From Veleropilina oligotropha (taxonomy: Eukaryota), in assembly GCA_048128005.1 (NCBI GenBank), contig JBEUKZ010000038.1, positions 186,001-250,000 on the forward strand: DNA of 64,000 nt, written 5' to 3'. The notes under the pieces were generated by a model. The model ran no database searches and was not told the origin of the DNA. It saw only the letters and a program-made list of their open reading frames with translations. Made by a program: the position numbers and the translations under genes. The first letter of the stretch is position 1, and each line of letters opens with the position of its first letter. Shown here piece by piece: positions 47,451 to 60,540 of this stretch.

Positions 47451-50230
47451 ATGACTATAACTCTAAGAAATTATTCAATGCACGAAATGCAGGAATAGAT
47501 CGAGCTATATGAAATACCATTCCCATTCCTGTTTCCGCCATTCGTAAACTTAACCAAGTGATAAATTTATGATAAGCAACACCGGGCGAGCTTCTTTGTC
47601 ATTATTGCTGCACATGTAATATTCTTATTATTTGTATTGATCCTGAACCATAGGTATATTTTCCTGGATAATGACTCTATTAGTTCCGCAGTCTTTGATG
47701 TCAACAGCATGTATTGCAAGGACAAAAAGTGTTTGGGCGTTACACATTTTGAAATTTAATGCTATGTTATTATTATTTTTCTTATCATGTTTATTAACCC
47801 TGAAAACATGGGTGTAGGCATGTCTCTATGCGTCGAAAGGACTGAGATATTAACAAATGAAATTTTGCTTGGCGGCCATCTTTTAATATGACAGCCAATG
47901 GTGAGATTCACACACCGCATGGAACATATTACATACATTCCATAGATGGGTTTAGACGTCACCATGTTCACTGAGCCGGAAAACATGAGTTTAGACGCCA
48001 GAATGATGCCTCTATGAACATGACAATTCGATATATGAGTAAAAATGCGTTTCTTTTGCAACCAGTTTGGCGGTCATCTTTAATTTAAAGCGACTACTTC
48101 CTCCAAAACACCCAATATTACACAAAGTTATTCTAATCTTGCTTATAGAGTATTCAAACTTGTGGGTAATCACTAGAATCTTGTCCATATGGCTCCGGAG
48201 TATCAAGAAATTTTTAATTTGGGAACACCACCCTCCCCTGGAACTCATCAATGATAGGTCATATTTAAATAACCATCAGTAAATAAGCTTATGGCGAGAT
48301 TTTTGGGTTAGTCCGCTTCTGACTACTGGACTATTAGCTCTTTGGATGGCATACGCATTTGTCGGCCATTTTGAGAGTTAAAATGACAGCCTCTACCAAA
48401 TCATGCAGTATTATTATTGCGGATCTCACCATGTTAAATGAGCCTGAAAACATGGATATAGATGGCAGAATGATGCATCTATGAACATCACAGTTCGAGA
48501 TATGAGCAAAAACGTGTTTGGTTTGCAACCATTTTGGCGGAAATTTTGAATTTTAATGTGACTACCTCTTCTAAAACACCCAATATTACTAAATAATATT
48601 CTAATCTTGTTTATTGAATATGAAAATATGTATGTAGGCACCATAATCTTATCCATATGGCTCTCTAGGATCAAGATAATATCCATACATATATTATCGC
48701 GAGAGCAAATCCCGGTTGCCCGGGGATATTCGCCCTCTTCGGCCAGTTACGAATAACAGTGTTTCGTAACTGCACAACTATGCCTTTGCCATACCAGAGG
48801 GTCGAACGCACTCCTGTAAGTCAAATAAATCAAGCCAGTGATTCTAGAACTCCTAGGACCCGCCCCTCCATCGCAGTCAGAGCACCAACAATGGGATTAA
48901 ATAGGGGCCGCTGCTCATAGCACTTGTGAGTAAAGAAGTTTAAAAGGTGCCAGATTTATTTCAATGGAAGTGTCGACTCTCATATCGCACCCATGATATA
49001 TTATAACCTATTGTATGTGTATTTAATGGGTTACACCTTGCAAAATAAAATATATTTTCTATATAATTATGTTTATCAGATAATACACAGACACCACTCG
49101 CGCGATATATACATGCTAACGCCCAGCATAAACGCTCGGCTCATTATATGTGATATACTGCTCGAGTTTCACTGTATTATCTAATTAATACATAATTGTG
49201 AAAGTTGCACGAGTCATCACCAACGTGATGTAACAAGTAATTACCTCCTACGATGGACGGAATTGCCAAATATGATTATATACGTATCGTCTCTAAACAA
49301 TAATTATATTAACTATGTACAAAGATAGGTGAAATAATTGGCTTAGATTGACGTTTGCTGTCACTTTAATAGTATTATACCATGCACGTTCATTTCGGAA
49401 CAGGCAAATTTAATCGTGAGAGGAAAACCAAAAGCATCCGACAAAAACACAACCGCCCGTATTACTTTCTGATATGAACATCTGTGACTGTTATCTTCCT
49501 AATGTCTTCGACCAGTCACTTGCACAACCAGGGAAACAAGTAGTTTGTGAACAACACTTGCATTACCCTTTCTCCGGATCGGACCAATGGTTAAGGAAAA
49601 CGCCAACAACTGCCGGCCAGACTTAATTGAAGATGTGTATGCGTACGATTGAGATGACGTTGATGACGATGATGATTTTAATAAGAAGTATCTTGCCAAG
49701 CGCCACAGACGCATGTAGCATTAGTTATAAGAGTGAATTATGCAATAATTGTCGACAATGTAACACCTTTGTGTGATGTTAATATTCCATGCAAGAATAT
49801 CTGCGAAATTGCGACGCAACACATGGATGAGTCCGGGTCATTTATTTGCTAACATTTTATTACAGAACGATTGGAAAATTTATATTGAGCTGCGCAGCAT
49901 AAATTCATTATCCAGCTTAATATGACCTGAAGCGATTCTGGTTTTGTCGTTCGTAATAATTTCAACTAATTCAAATAAATAAATTTCGTGGTTTAATGTT
50001 TTCCATAAATAAATTTAGTGGTTTAATGTTTTCCATGTTGCAGGGCATATAATAATGCGCCGATTCCGTGAAAACAACCACTATGCTAATAGCCTATATT
50101 ACGGCATGTAACAGTATTGTCAAAATTACCTTTCACAGAAAAACACATATGGTCATTTATCCATATATATGTCAATTTCACCAATGTGTTGCGTTCAAGA
50201 ATATATAATGCATTATTGCGAATTTTTTTA

Positions 50231-51268
50231 TCACCCCGAAATATTGTTGCTTGTGCGTGTACTGTCCCTGGTTGAGAAGGACGACAAACGGTTTCGAAAT
50301 AATTTTGAATAACTTGATCCATATACGAACGGGATGATCGCCATATATGATATTCCAAACAAACGTCCAGCTTTATCGGGCAATTCGTGCACGTGGTCAA
50401 AGACATAAAACATTGATATCACGACGAAAGTCGACCAACAGATTAACAGAACAAAGCCAGAGGCAAGCACGGTCTTAATAGCCTTAGTGTCCTTTAATTC
50501 CGGGCCCGAACTAAGCTTGTTTTCGCGTCTCAATTTCCTTTGCCGACGACTATAAGCAATCAAGCTCTTCATGATGAGAATATTCATGACCAGCAGGAAT
50601 GCGTAAGGTATCACCAGAAAGATTACGGAGTTTACGCTGTAATATATTCCGACTCCAGACGCACTACGGAATGAATTTATTTTGCAGATGGTATAGACAC
50701 AGGTGCCAAAATATGCAGTATATGTATGGAACGCGAACAGAGAATAGAGGGACAATCCCGTGCATACTATCCACACAACTCCAGATAACAATCTCGCTTT
50801 CTTCGGCGTTATCATAAGACACGGCAATGCTCTGACGCTGAAACTCACCTTTATCAGCCGATCTACGGACAACAAAAGTTGAAAGGTCATCACGAAGAAG
50901 TAGGGACTGACAAAACAAAACTTGATTATTCTGCACAGAATATCGCCCCAAAGCCATTGCCCCATTGTAAAATTGGTGAGAAGGACCCCACTCTCGCCGA
51001 TACTCAGCGATATCAGATGGACGACACTCATGTTGGCCAAGAACACGTCATACGGTCTTGTCCGTTCACCTGGTCGACGAAGCACTTTTATTAGTAAAAC
51101 GAAGTTTCCAACGAATCCAACAAGAATTACCAAGATGCGGAAAGTGCTAAGAATATAGATGTCTGTAGAACGTAGCAAGAACAATTGGTTCATCTCCTTG
51201 AAATCGTTCCATGATATATTTTGACTAACAGATGTGTTCATTAGACAAATGCGCTCTTGGTCTTCCAT
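50231..51268 (-). CDS. Intronless class A orphan GPCR paralogue, 345 aa
   Basis: GFVGN, RPYDVFLANM, WLWGDILC, SVDRL, KDTKAIK, CWST, GRLFG, IPFVYG. Confidence 0.9.
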   Translation of the reverse strand: MEDQERICLMNTSVSQNISWNDFKEMNQLFLLRSTDIYILSTFRILVILVGFVGNFVLLIKVLRRPGERTRPYDVFLANMSVVHLISLSIGESGVLLTNFTMGQWLWGDILCRIIKFCFVSPYFFVMTFQLLLSVDRLIKVSFSVRALPCLMITPKKARLLSGVVWIVCTGLSLYSLFAFHTYTAYFGTCVYTICKINSFRSASGVGIYYSVNSVIFLVIPYAFLLVMNILIMKSLIAYSRRQRKLRRENKLSSGPELKDTKAIKTVLASGFVLLICWSTFVVISMFYVFDHVHELPDKAGRLFGISYMAIIPFVYGSSYSKLFRNRLSSFSTRDSTRTSNNISG

Positions 51269-52319
51269 ACTTCAATGATATTTCGTCCTTGCATGTACCT
51301 CTTTATAATCGTAATGGGGAGATCTGCGTTCCGACACGACAGCCATCGTAATGGAAAGCTTCTCCCAACGTTCGACGATAAACATAACAATATGCAACAT
51401 ACGTAGGCCTAAGTGCGCTGCAGCAAGTTGATTATCCACGAGTTTGTTAGTCACTTAATTAAGATAGAAATCAATTAATTGGCCTTCCGACGTTCGCCAA
51501 TAACTTATTGTTTCCTCTTAATTTAGGATTATCGCAAAATCCTGGCAATTGCAATTCGAACAGAATACTCATCTTGTCAACCGCATGTCAGCATCTATAT
51601 TATGCACGGATTAACAATTATTACGTTAGTAACATTGAATTTGAGTGGATTTTCACCGCGTAATCAATCATTATAAGTGCGGCATACTCTCATCAACATA
51701 TGCATCGCATCCCTTGATTACAGAGAAATTCAATCAACCGATTCCAACGATCGTAAATCGGCCGTTACTGGGGAAATCGCAGGACAAATTAATACTGTCA
51801 TAGGTCTGTGGTTATACGTACCGTCACAATGAAATCCGCATGCCAACAGTTGCCAGCGATTTCTGCGATGATAGATATATCTCATTTCTGGCCATTAAAA
51901 TGCAAAGGCATTTTGATTCCTTAATAAGTATTTTATGTCTAGTGCAGCTGTAATGGGAAGTAAATATACGATATAAACGTTTGCGGTATGCGTAGAGGCG
52001 ATTACCGCTGGCGACTAAATGTAACTCTAATGTTCTACCATTACTTTATTGATTCGGACGCAAGGAGACACAAACGAGAGTGATTATGAATAAATATAAC
52101 AATATTCAAATCGATGAATTAATAGTTAATTTAATGTCACTGTTAACTTCTGCCTTCTCCCGTCTGATTCAGTGTTGAAAAATGGATGGTCGAATTAGTT
52201 CACGTCAATAGTTAAATATGAGGTTACAACCTGCAACAGATTTACCAATACCAGATCTAATTAACAAAATCAAATCATTATGAGATTTGCTATGTGATAA
52301 AGGAAAGGAACAGTAAAGA

Positions 52320-52525
52320 ATCGATGCTTAATGTTACGTACATTTACAACCATCCGTATTATCGCCGGAGGAATGTCCGGTCTCTCCAACCTTTACGGAA
52401 AACTGCGATATATAACTGAACAAATAATGCCAATGTCCAAACCGAGATTCGAGCCTACTACTGTTGGTGTCAATGGAATGAAGCAAGTGATTTTGGCAGT
52501 CTGCAACGAAGATACACGACTGTAG
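52320..52525 (-). mobile_element. Decayed SINE family A copy (another at ~48695-48860)
   Basis: GATGCTTAATG tail, CCGTATTATCGC, CCGAGATTCGAGCC B-box on the minus strand. Confidence 0.6.
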
Positions 52526-52721
52526 GAGCGACCTACAAAATGATCAACAAGAAATAAAAGAAAACACTAACTATGACACGAATAAATATTTCAAAATTGA
52601 AGAAGCAATTAAATTAATAGAAAATAAACCTTCGAAATCTTCATGAAACACCGTTTGACGTCCGGATATTAGTAAAAACAGTTGCAAACCAATTAATTTA
52701 GATATTATTTGGATTACGTTT

Positions 52722-53930
52722 AATACTAATAATAATAATCTTTATTCAGCTGTAAACATTTAAAACGTTTCTAGCCATGTATATTATTTACAGACATACA
52801 AATGACAAAGTAAATATACAAAACATTGCGTAATGTAATGTACAGACATGTACATTATGCAAGCATAGATACATCTATAAAGGTATATTTATGAATCATA
52901 TGATGTAAAATAGATCAGTTCCATGGTAAAAACTTATACAAATTCGTAATAATCAATAATACGAACAAATAATAGATGATGGCGGACACGAGCTACAGTT
53001 GTTGTTGTGAGATGCAATCAGTGATGTATTTACACTTCTGTAGGTTTGTTTGGTAGCAGAAAAGCATGTTTAAGGTAAATCCCGAGATTTGACAGTGTTT
53101 TTATATTGGATTTCATTAAATTCGTGAATTTTTGCTGATGTGGACATCTTGTGTAGTATTTGGGGAGATATTTAATGCGTATGTCTCTGTGCTTGGGACA
53201 AGCGAGAACGAAATGATATTCGACTTCGACGACACGCTATGTACAATGCTGGCACAACCTATTTTGTCTTTCAATTCCATGAAATCTGCCCTCTTCCACT
53301 GCTATTTTAAGTGTCCCACTTCTGATTTTGAAATTAATTTTCTGCTTGTAGTATTTTGCAATGATAGGTACTTTTCGAATTCTATTGATAATTTGAAGGT
53401 AACATAATGCTTTAGCTTAGATGTGTTTTGAATAGAGTCATGTCAACATTGTTTAAAATGGTCATGCAGTCGCTGCAGAATTAAGTCTAGAGGAATGTGA
53501 ATTGTATCTTGTTCAAGCCAATATATGTTAAAACCAAGCTCATACAAAACGTCCCATACACAAGATGCCCAATTAACAACATTGCTTAATTAACTCTGTT
53601 GCCTTGCATGATTATATATTTTGTACAATAAAGTTGTTCTATTGTTAATTATATTTACCCAGTATTTTAGTATTTTTTCTTTTCGCAAGATCGACATGGA
53701 AACTCTTTCGAGTTCGCCATATGAAAAGAAATTTGTCGCTCGTTGACTAATCTGTAACACTTTACAACAGAAATTTCATATGTATCTTTTCAACTTTGAC
53801 ACCTTTATTTAAGCCCCATACTTCCTCTGCGTAATTTAAAACTGGGCATAGCAGTGTGTCGAACATGCTTAACTGTGTATGGATTGGAAAGTTGTACAGT
53901 CTGAACATTTGATTTAGTGCACTTATGGCT
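52722..53930 (-). mobile_element. 5'-truncated RTE-X-like LINE 3' end
   Basis: Minus-strand AATAAAG(ATT)n tail. Decayed LNMFDTL..VLNYAEEVWG, YGELE and C..C..E.EYHFVL.C motifs are homologous to the 54150-58670 element. Confidence 0.75.
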
Positions 53931-54457
53931 ATTTAGCACGTTAAACGCATGCTTCGTTGATATATTTCGTATTTATTGAAACTGGCCAACGTTAATGCGG
54001 ATGGAATTTGAAACAAACATCAAACCCCTCGAACTACGATAGAAAGAAATGACTTCCAATTAGAAACTAATCCCACAGGATAGCTTGATGCTAACTGCAT
54101 TGTATTTAAAAAAGTAGAATACAATAAACGGCACGTAGATCGACCACTGTCTTTCAACTCCATGAAATCTTCCCTCCTCGACAGCTAGTTTACCGCTTCC
54201 ACTTCTTATTTGTGATATAAGTTTTCTAGTTACCTGATTTTGTAGTGTCAGGTACTTTTCCAAATGCATAATAGGTTTATAATTTGAATATAAACGCAAT
54301 TTCGGGGTGTTTTGTATGGTGTTGTGCCAACACTGCCTGAACTGGTCGTGTAATCGCTGGGTTAGCCTGGATAGAGAAAGTTCAATAGAATCTTGCTCTA
54401 TCCAGTAATTATTAAAGCCTAACTCAATCAGTAAATCTCTTACGCTAGAGGCCCAGT

Positions 54458-57380
54458 TTATAGCATTAACCCTTCACATTCTCTTCTGGCGTTATTATAG
54501 AGTATATATGGTAATGAGTTTTTATTACCAATAATTTTTATCCAGTATTTGAGTATTCTTTCGCGTCTTTTAATGGCCAACGTTACTCTCTCCAGTTCGC
54601 CATAAAGGAAGTAAGTTGGCGCCCTTTGTGAAATTTGTAACATTTTTCTACAAAATTTCGTGTGAACATTTTCAACTTCGTCTGATTTGTTAAAACCCCA
54701 AACTTCAGCAGCGTAGTTCAACACCGGGCTAACAAGGGTATCAAACATATTAAGTTGCGTCAGTACTGGAAAGTTGTAGTTTTTAATTATATGATTTAAT
54801 CCACTCAATGCCCGTTCGCCTTGCTGAGCTTGTCGTTTTTGTGTATAATTGAGATTCCCACTTTTGTGTAAAAGTACGCCAAGATATGTGAAAGAGTCAA
54901 GCTGTTCAATAATTACGTTATTATAGACGAATTCGAAATGAGGTAGTGATCTTTTTCTAGTAAATATGACAATTTTTGTTTTATTGATGTTAACAGATAT
55001 AATCCATCTCGCGCAGTATTTTGAGAGATGGTCTAGTTGGTTCTGCAATTCTAAACCAGAATGAGAGATTAACACTGTATCATCCGCGAAAAGTATAGAG
55101 AATAATATAACAGTTTCAATCGATATGAGATCAGTGATATTTTGAGGATTGTAGTTAGACATAAAATCATTAATAAAGAATAAGAAAAGAAGGGGAGACA
55201 TGGGTTCACCTTGCTTCACACCTTGGTGGCTTCGAAATGAGTTTGAAACCTGGAAATCATGCTTAACACATATATCGACCTGCGAGTACATACTCTTAAC
55301 CATCTTGATAATTTTACTGCTAACACCTTCCTTCCACAGTTTATAATAAAGGATATCCCTATTAACCTTATCGAAAGCTTTCTCAAAGTCGATGAAAGCG
55401 CAATATAGATTCTTCTTTTTTTGTAGGGTATCTCTTATTATATTATGCAGAATAAAGATAAAATCGATTGTACTTCGATCGGGTCTGAAGCCAAATTGAT
55501 ATGGGTTTAATTTATTATTTTGTTCTGCCCAATTGAGCAGCCTGGTATTTATAATACTTGAAAATATCTTGCCGAAAACGCTTGAGATACATATCGCCCT
55601 ATAATTGGCGGGGTTGGATAGATCCCCTTTTTTTGGAATTGGTATTAGGATACCTGTTGACCATGCTTTGAGGAAAATATTTTGGTCGAACATTACATTA
55701 AATAGTTTTGTGATAAGGGGAATTAAAAGATCAATGGAGTCGATAAACATTTCGGATATTAATTGATCAACCCCAGCCCCCTTGTGCCTTTTTAATTTAT
55801 TTACTGCATTGTGGGTTTCGGTTGGCGTAATTTCATTATCAAGAGAATTGATGGTTATAGGATTTCTATTGAGGTCGGTATTCGCTTGGTCGATAAGGTT
55901 TCTGGTTTCTTGTACTGGTTCTTGTGGCAAAATTCCAAATAGCTGCTGAAAATATTTTGTGAATTCTATATTACTTGGTGGTACGGCATTACTTCGTTTT
56001 AATTTCTGTTTTTTACAGTTGACCAGAATTTGCGAGGTTCGTATTTCGCTATATTTCCAAGTTCTCTGCCCTTTTTATTCTTATAGTTGTAAAGCGCGGA
56101 CTTTTTTGCCTTCACGTACTTATTTCTTGCTTCAATAAATCTATTTCTATTTGATTCACTACGACAGTGTCTATACTCGTTTCTTTCTTTACAAAATGTC
56201 ATTTTTCGACGTTTACATTCGTTGTCAAACCAAAGATTTTTATGTTTTGGAAACTTATATACTTTCTTCTCGTTTCCAAATAAGGCATATCCAATGTCAT
56301 ATATCATCTTCGACAGATCATTAACTGTCTTGTCTATATCATGATCATTGGTGAGATTGTTTACGATTTCTTCAAAAGTTAGTGAATTAACAGCAATTTC
56401 ATTTCTGTATTGTTGAGCCATGTCAACGTTCCAATGAATTAAAGAAATATTGCAAACGTCATTATTCTCTCTAGATATATTCAAGCAATTGGTATTTAAG
56501 GCAAAACTGACGATTGCATGATCAGAGAACTCGTTAACATCTAGAACATTAAAAGATTGTATAAACTGCAAGTTTTCAGGAGATAGTAATACATAATCAA
56601 TTACACTAGAACCCATAGGTGTGAAGCAGTGAAACTGCCAATGCCACGGTCAGTACCGAGGCGCCCATTCGCGATTACATGGCCAGTGTTAGCACACAAT
56701 CGTAACAAGCGTCGTCCAAAGTTATTGACCACTCTGTCCTCGTTTGATCTAATGCACAAGATCCGGTCGTGTAACGTGTTGTCATTGTTTAGGTTTAGTG
56801 GTAGTGAAAGATCATAATTAGAGGAAATGTAATCGTTTTCATCAGACGTGCGTGCATTGAAGTCACCACAAGTTAATACTATACCGCTATCTTTATACAT
56901 GTTAATATCGGTTTCCAAAGTATTAAAAATATAATCTTTTTCAATTTCATTGTAAAATGTTGAGCTGATAGGAGGTATATATACAAGGGATAAAAACACA
57001 TCATCGTTTAGTTCGAAATATTCTTTGTTTAATTTTATCCATATGATCCCAACAGGATCAATTTTGATAACAGATATCCCTCCTTCAGTATTTGACTTAA
57101 AATATATGGCGACACCGCCACTGTTTCTGCCTCTCCCATTAGCTCGCGGTCTATTTACAATAATACAATTATCACCATCTATAGGACATTGATCGCTATC
57201 GGTTAACCAGGTTTCGGTAAATAATAAAATATGGTATTGAGAAATTATAGTGGTAAAGTCAGAGTCATTTAACTTACTCTTCAATCCATGGACATTCCAC
57301 AGACTTACTTGGAGTAGTTCCTCTGCGAGCCCATATTCTTTATGATAGGGACGTCTATCTATGTAAAGTTTGTCTACCAC
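54458..57380 (-). pseudogene. LINE ORF2 (APE + RT) broken into ORFs 56601-57380, 55999-56616 and 54458-55930
   Basis: Consecutive ORF pieces in different frames carry ordered APE and RT motifs. Confidence 0.92.
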
Positions 57381-57669
57381 CAGTTTTGCTCGTTTCCCTT
57401 GCTCTTTTGCTCGCTTTAGGATCGGTAGTAGATTTCGTCGTCTATCTCGTATTTCTCCGGGGTATTGTTATGAAATTCCAAATGGAGTACCCCGGAGCTT
57501 TCCTGCTCTATGTCTTATTTCCTCCTTGTCTTTATAGTAATTGAACTTAGCAACAAGGGGCGACATTTATTCGGTAATTTCCTTCCCATTCGGTGAGCTC
57601 GATCGATCTTGATACTCGATATCGATTGACTCATTTCTAGCTTGGTTGCACAGAACTCCCTTATTACGT

Positions 57670-57932
57670 AGGCCGCTTCGGCAGCGCAGTGGGTAGAGTG
57701 TCCACTCTAAATTCACTGGCTTGATTCCGCTAATGCGAACAGTAGTGGGTTCAATACCTGGCTGAGGCATTGAAATTTGTTCAAGTTATGAATCACAGTT
57801 GTCCGTGACTGGCCGAAGAGGGCGGGTTTACCCGGGCGACCGGGGTTTCCTCCCGCGATAACACGGACATGTCCTGCCTTGAACCTCGATGTTGTAAATA
57901 TACAGGACATTAAGCATCATTCCTCCCTCCTC
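57670..57932 (+). mobile_element. tRNA-derived SINE family A, full length, inserted in LINE ORF1
   Basis: 12-bp TSD CCCTTATTACGT (57658-57669, 57933-57944); A box CGGCAGCGCAGTGG, B box GGTTCAATACC; Meta/V-like GGGTTTACCCGGGCGACCGGGGTTTCCTCCC. Confidence 0.92.
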
Positions 57933-58689
57933 CCCTTATTACGTCCTCGGGGTTTTCATTTTCAACTTCCGTAATATTGTAAAAAACAAGATTGTCCCTC
58001 ATTGACCTTGTTTTCAGGTCAAGTATGTCTTCTTTAAGCGTGTTGTTAGAGGCGTTTGATTGATCTAGGCAATCTTCCAGGTACTTTAGGTGGTCTGCGT
58101 GGGCGGCGTTAGTCGATTTTACCTCTTCCATCGTATCACTTTGGTATTGTAAGCTGTTTTCATGTTCAGAGATCTGATGTTGGATGTTTTTAATACCGTA
58201 TGCCATAGAGTCTACAGTTTTGATGGTGGCGTGCAGTTTTCCCTCTACTCTATCAACTTTGGCGCATATATTGCTTATTGACATGTCAATGTGATCGAGT
58301 TTGTCAGATAAACGCTTAAATAGTACCTGAGCCCACGGAGGCCACGTCTCGTCAGCCGGTGTTGATTGACCCATTCGTGTTTCGTTTTGGCTGGTTACCT
58401 CAGTACTGGAAAATATTGTTGCTAGGTTGGTCGGCAAGGACGCCGCCATTTCTGGCGAGCTTGTTGTTGTCAATGGCGAAGTTGAAGCTTTTCTCTTTTT
58501 ATCCGACTTAATCGTGTGGTGTTTTTGATTCGAACCTGGCATCCTTGCTTACATCGATAATTGTGTGATAAGCACGAGCTTTGTTAGGTTAGATGGCTTC
58601 GTATTTATCCTGGTTGATATAATTATTTTACCTGCTCGTAATCGAATTTTCACCTGTCCGCCATCTTGTCACGTGGCATATAAAGGCAT

Positions 58690-59135
58690 TAGCCAAATCT
58701 GTTATAGACGAAAAATGGAACGGATACTTAAAAGTATATAATTCTACAGACGGGTCCAAGTACCCAGAGAGATCACAAACCTCCGCAGCAATGGTATTAC
58801 AGCGCTAAAAGTGTAGAAATGAGGCAGTTAGATCATCCCTGAATATTTGAAGTACAATATCGGAGGTGATAAAAGCAAAGAGACTTAGAAGGTTTGGCCA
58901 TGTCACTAAACGACCAGTAGATAATTTAATGGCTAGAGCTTTCTGGCAAGACTTTCCAAACTCCAGGCCTAGCGGTAGACCACCGGAGAGATGGAGCACA
59001 CGAATCCGTGAAGACACCGGCCTCGCACTTGCAGCTGCAGAGAGAATGGCCTCAAACAGACCGAGCCTTAGAATAAGTGGACTGGAGAAGGCGAGGACCC
59101 ATTCTGGGTTGTGCCCCCTAAGTTAAGTTAGTCAA
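58690..59135 (+). mobile_element. RTE-like LINE 3' fragment
   Basis: RLRRFGHVTKR..RPSGRPPERW..IRED; (TAAGT)n tail. Confidence 0.7.
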
Positions 59136-59149
59136 AAGTAAATAAACCT

Positions 59150-59900
59150 TTCAAACTCTCAAACAGCTTATCGGTATATAACACAGAACTGGTTGCTATC
59201 GAACAAGCAATGGCGTTTGTTTAACGTAATTGAACCATCTGAAGTTGTAATTCTTTCAGACTCACTTAGTGGACTCTAATCTTTACAACACGGAAATAAT
59301 TCAACAAGACCCGATTTCATCAACAAATTAAACAATTCCCTATGTGATAAAGGAATAGATGTAAATCTCGAATGGATCCCAGCTCTTGTAGGCATTTTAG
59401 GCAATGAAATGGCAGATTCAGCAGCTAAAAATGGACTGACTAACCCATATTACATTTTAAATAATATTCCACATAGTCAAAAACGTAATCAGAACTCACA
59501 TCAACAATGAATGGGAAAATAGCTGGAGTAGTCCCGACAAAGGCAGACACTTATTTGAGCTGAAAAATAAAATCACTTAATATGCAAACTAGCAAACTTG
59601 AAAGCAAAACCATAACGCGACTCCCGACTTGTACACTCAGGCTTATTAGCACATAGATACAGAATAAAATCGTGTGAATCACCAAACTGTCCCCACTGTG
59701 ACTATCCAGCAACAGTCAAACATTACCTTTTAGAGTGTCCCGCCCATATAAATGAAAGGCAAAAGCTTACAGAAACTTTAAAAACAGTTAATATTCTTGA
59801 TATCGACAAAAAGACACTTCTAGCTCCATCAGAACCAGTTGCTAATTTCATGTATTGGGCGATAGATACCGGCTATATCAGCAAGACATAGACTCGTGCG
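59150..59900 (+). pseudogene. I/Nimb-clade LINE fragment: RNase H + C-terminal Cys/His motif
   Basis: TELVAIEQA, ILSDSLS, WIPALVGILGNEMADSAAK, CPHC..TVKHYLLEC across frames. Confidence 0.75.
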
Positions 59901-60540
59901 TCACCACTACGCATACAAAACAACAACTGGCATAATCAGGCTTTAGTGATAAGGAGAGGAAGAGAGGTAGGTCAGTAAGCAAACTACCTTAAAGCAACCC
60001 CAAATTTAAAAGCATATTGGCAAGCATTCCACGACGAAGGCTTCAGACACACTCATGCCAAGCCAAAATCAAATTAATGGCTGCAGCTCATTCATAATTA
60101 ATGAAAGCGGTCATGGGGCAGTAGTCAGTACCAAAGCTACATCAACCTGGATGTTAGAGAGGGGACACTACGTAACTATGGGAATGTGCTATTCCAATAC
60201 AGATAAAAGTTTCTGACACATTCATAATTAATGAACGCGGTCCTGTGCTATATAATCGGAGCAGTAATCGTTACCAAAGCAACATCCACGATGTTAGTGA
60301 TGAGATATTACATAACTAGGGGAAAGTGCATAAACAAAGCAAATGAAAGTGCTGAAACAAAGCAAATGAAATACCTCCACTGCATTACACTACACATCAA
60401 ACACTCGGTTGTAGGTAAAAATGGCCCCAGTCATAATGACCCCGGTCAATATGACCCGGTCAAAATGGCCCCGGTCAATACGACCCCGGTCAAAATGGCA
60501 CCCAGTGAATAGTAGGCCAAACTGGCCCCAATAGATAAAA

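Larger units (their letters stand above)
43995..48685. repeat. Inverted blocks of ~500-bp repeats (43995-44965 and 47760-48685) flanking an RTE fragment
   Basis: TAGTCCAG.AGTCAGAAG..TAACCCAA and CATATCTCGAACTGTGATGTT occur twice on + and in reverse complement at 47760-48685; rich in AAAATGGCCGCC. Confidence 0.8.
54150..58670 (-). mobile_element. RTE-X-like LINE (ORF1 + frameshifted ORF2), 3' end missing
   Basis: 5' CAAGATGGCGG; ORF1 LKTRSMRDNLVFYNI; APE WNVHGL, TETWL, GDFNART, NGRLG, SVIDY, SDH; RT QFGFR, DFEKAFD, GVKQG, LFADD; NYAAEVWG, YGEL. Confidence 0.88.

Noticed and set aside
49499..49714. Ser-rich 71-aa ORF downstream of GPCR 3
   Set aside because: Driven by a short (GAT/GAC)n tract; no recognisable domain or splice support.
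57670..57770. tRNA gene
   Set aside because: It is the head of a SINE with body, tail and TSD; no proper cloverleaf.
60028..60072. Penelope-type hammerhead-like motif GACGAAGGCTT..AAGCCAAAA
   Set aside because: Core lacks CUG and GAAA; at best a decayed remnant.
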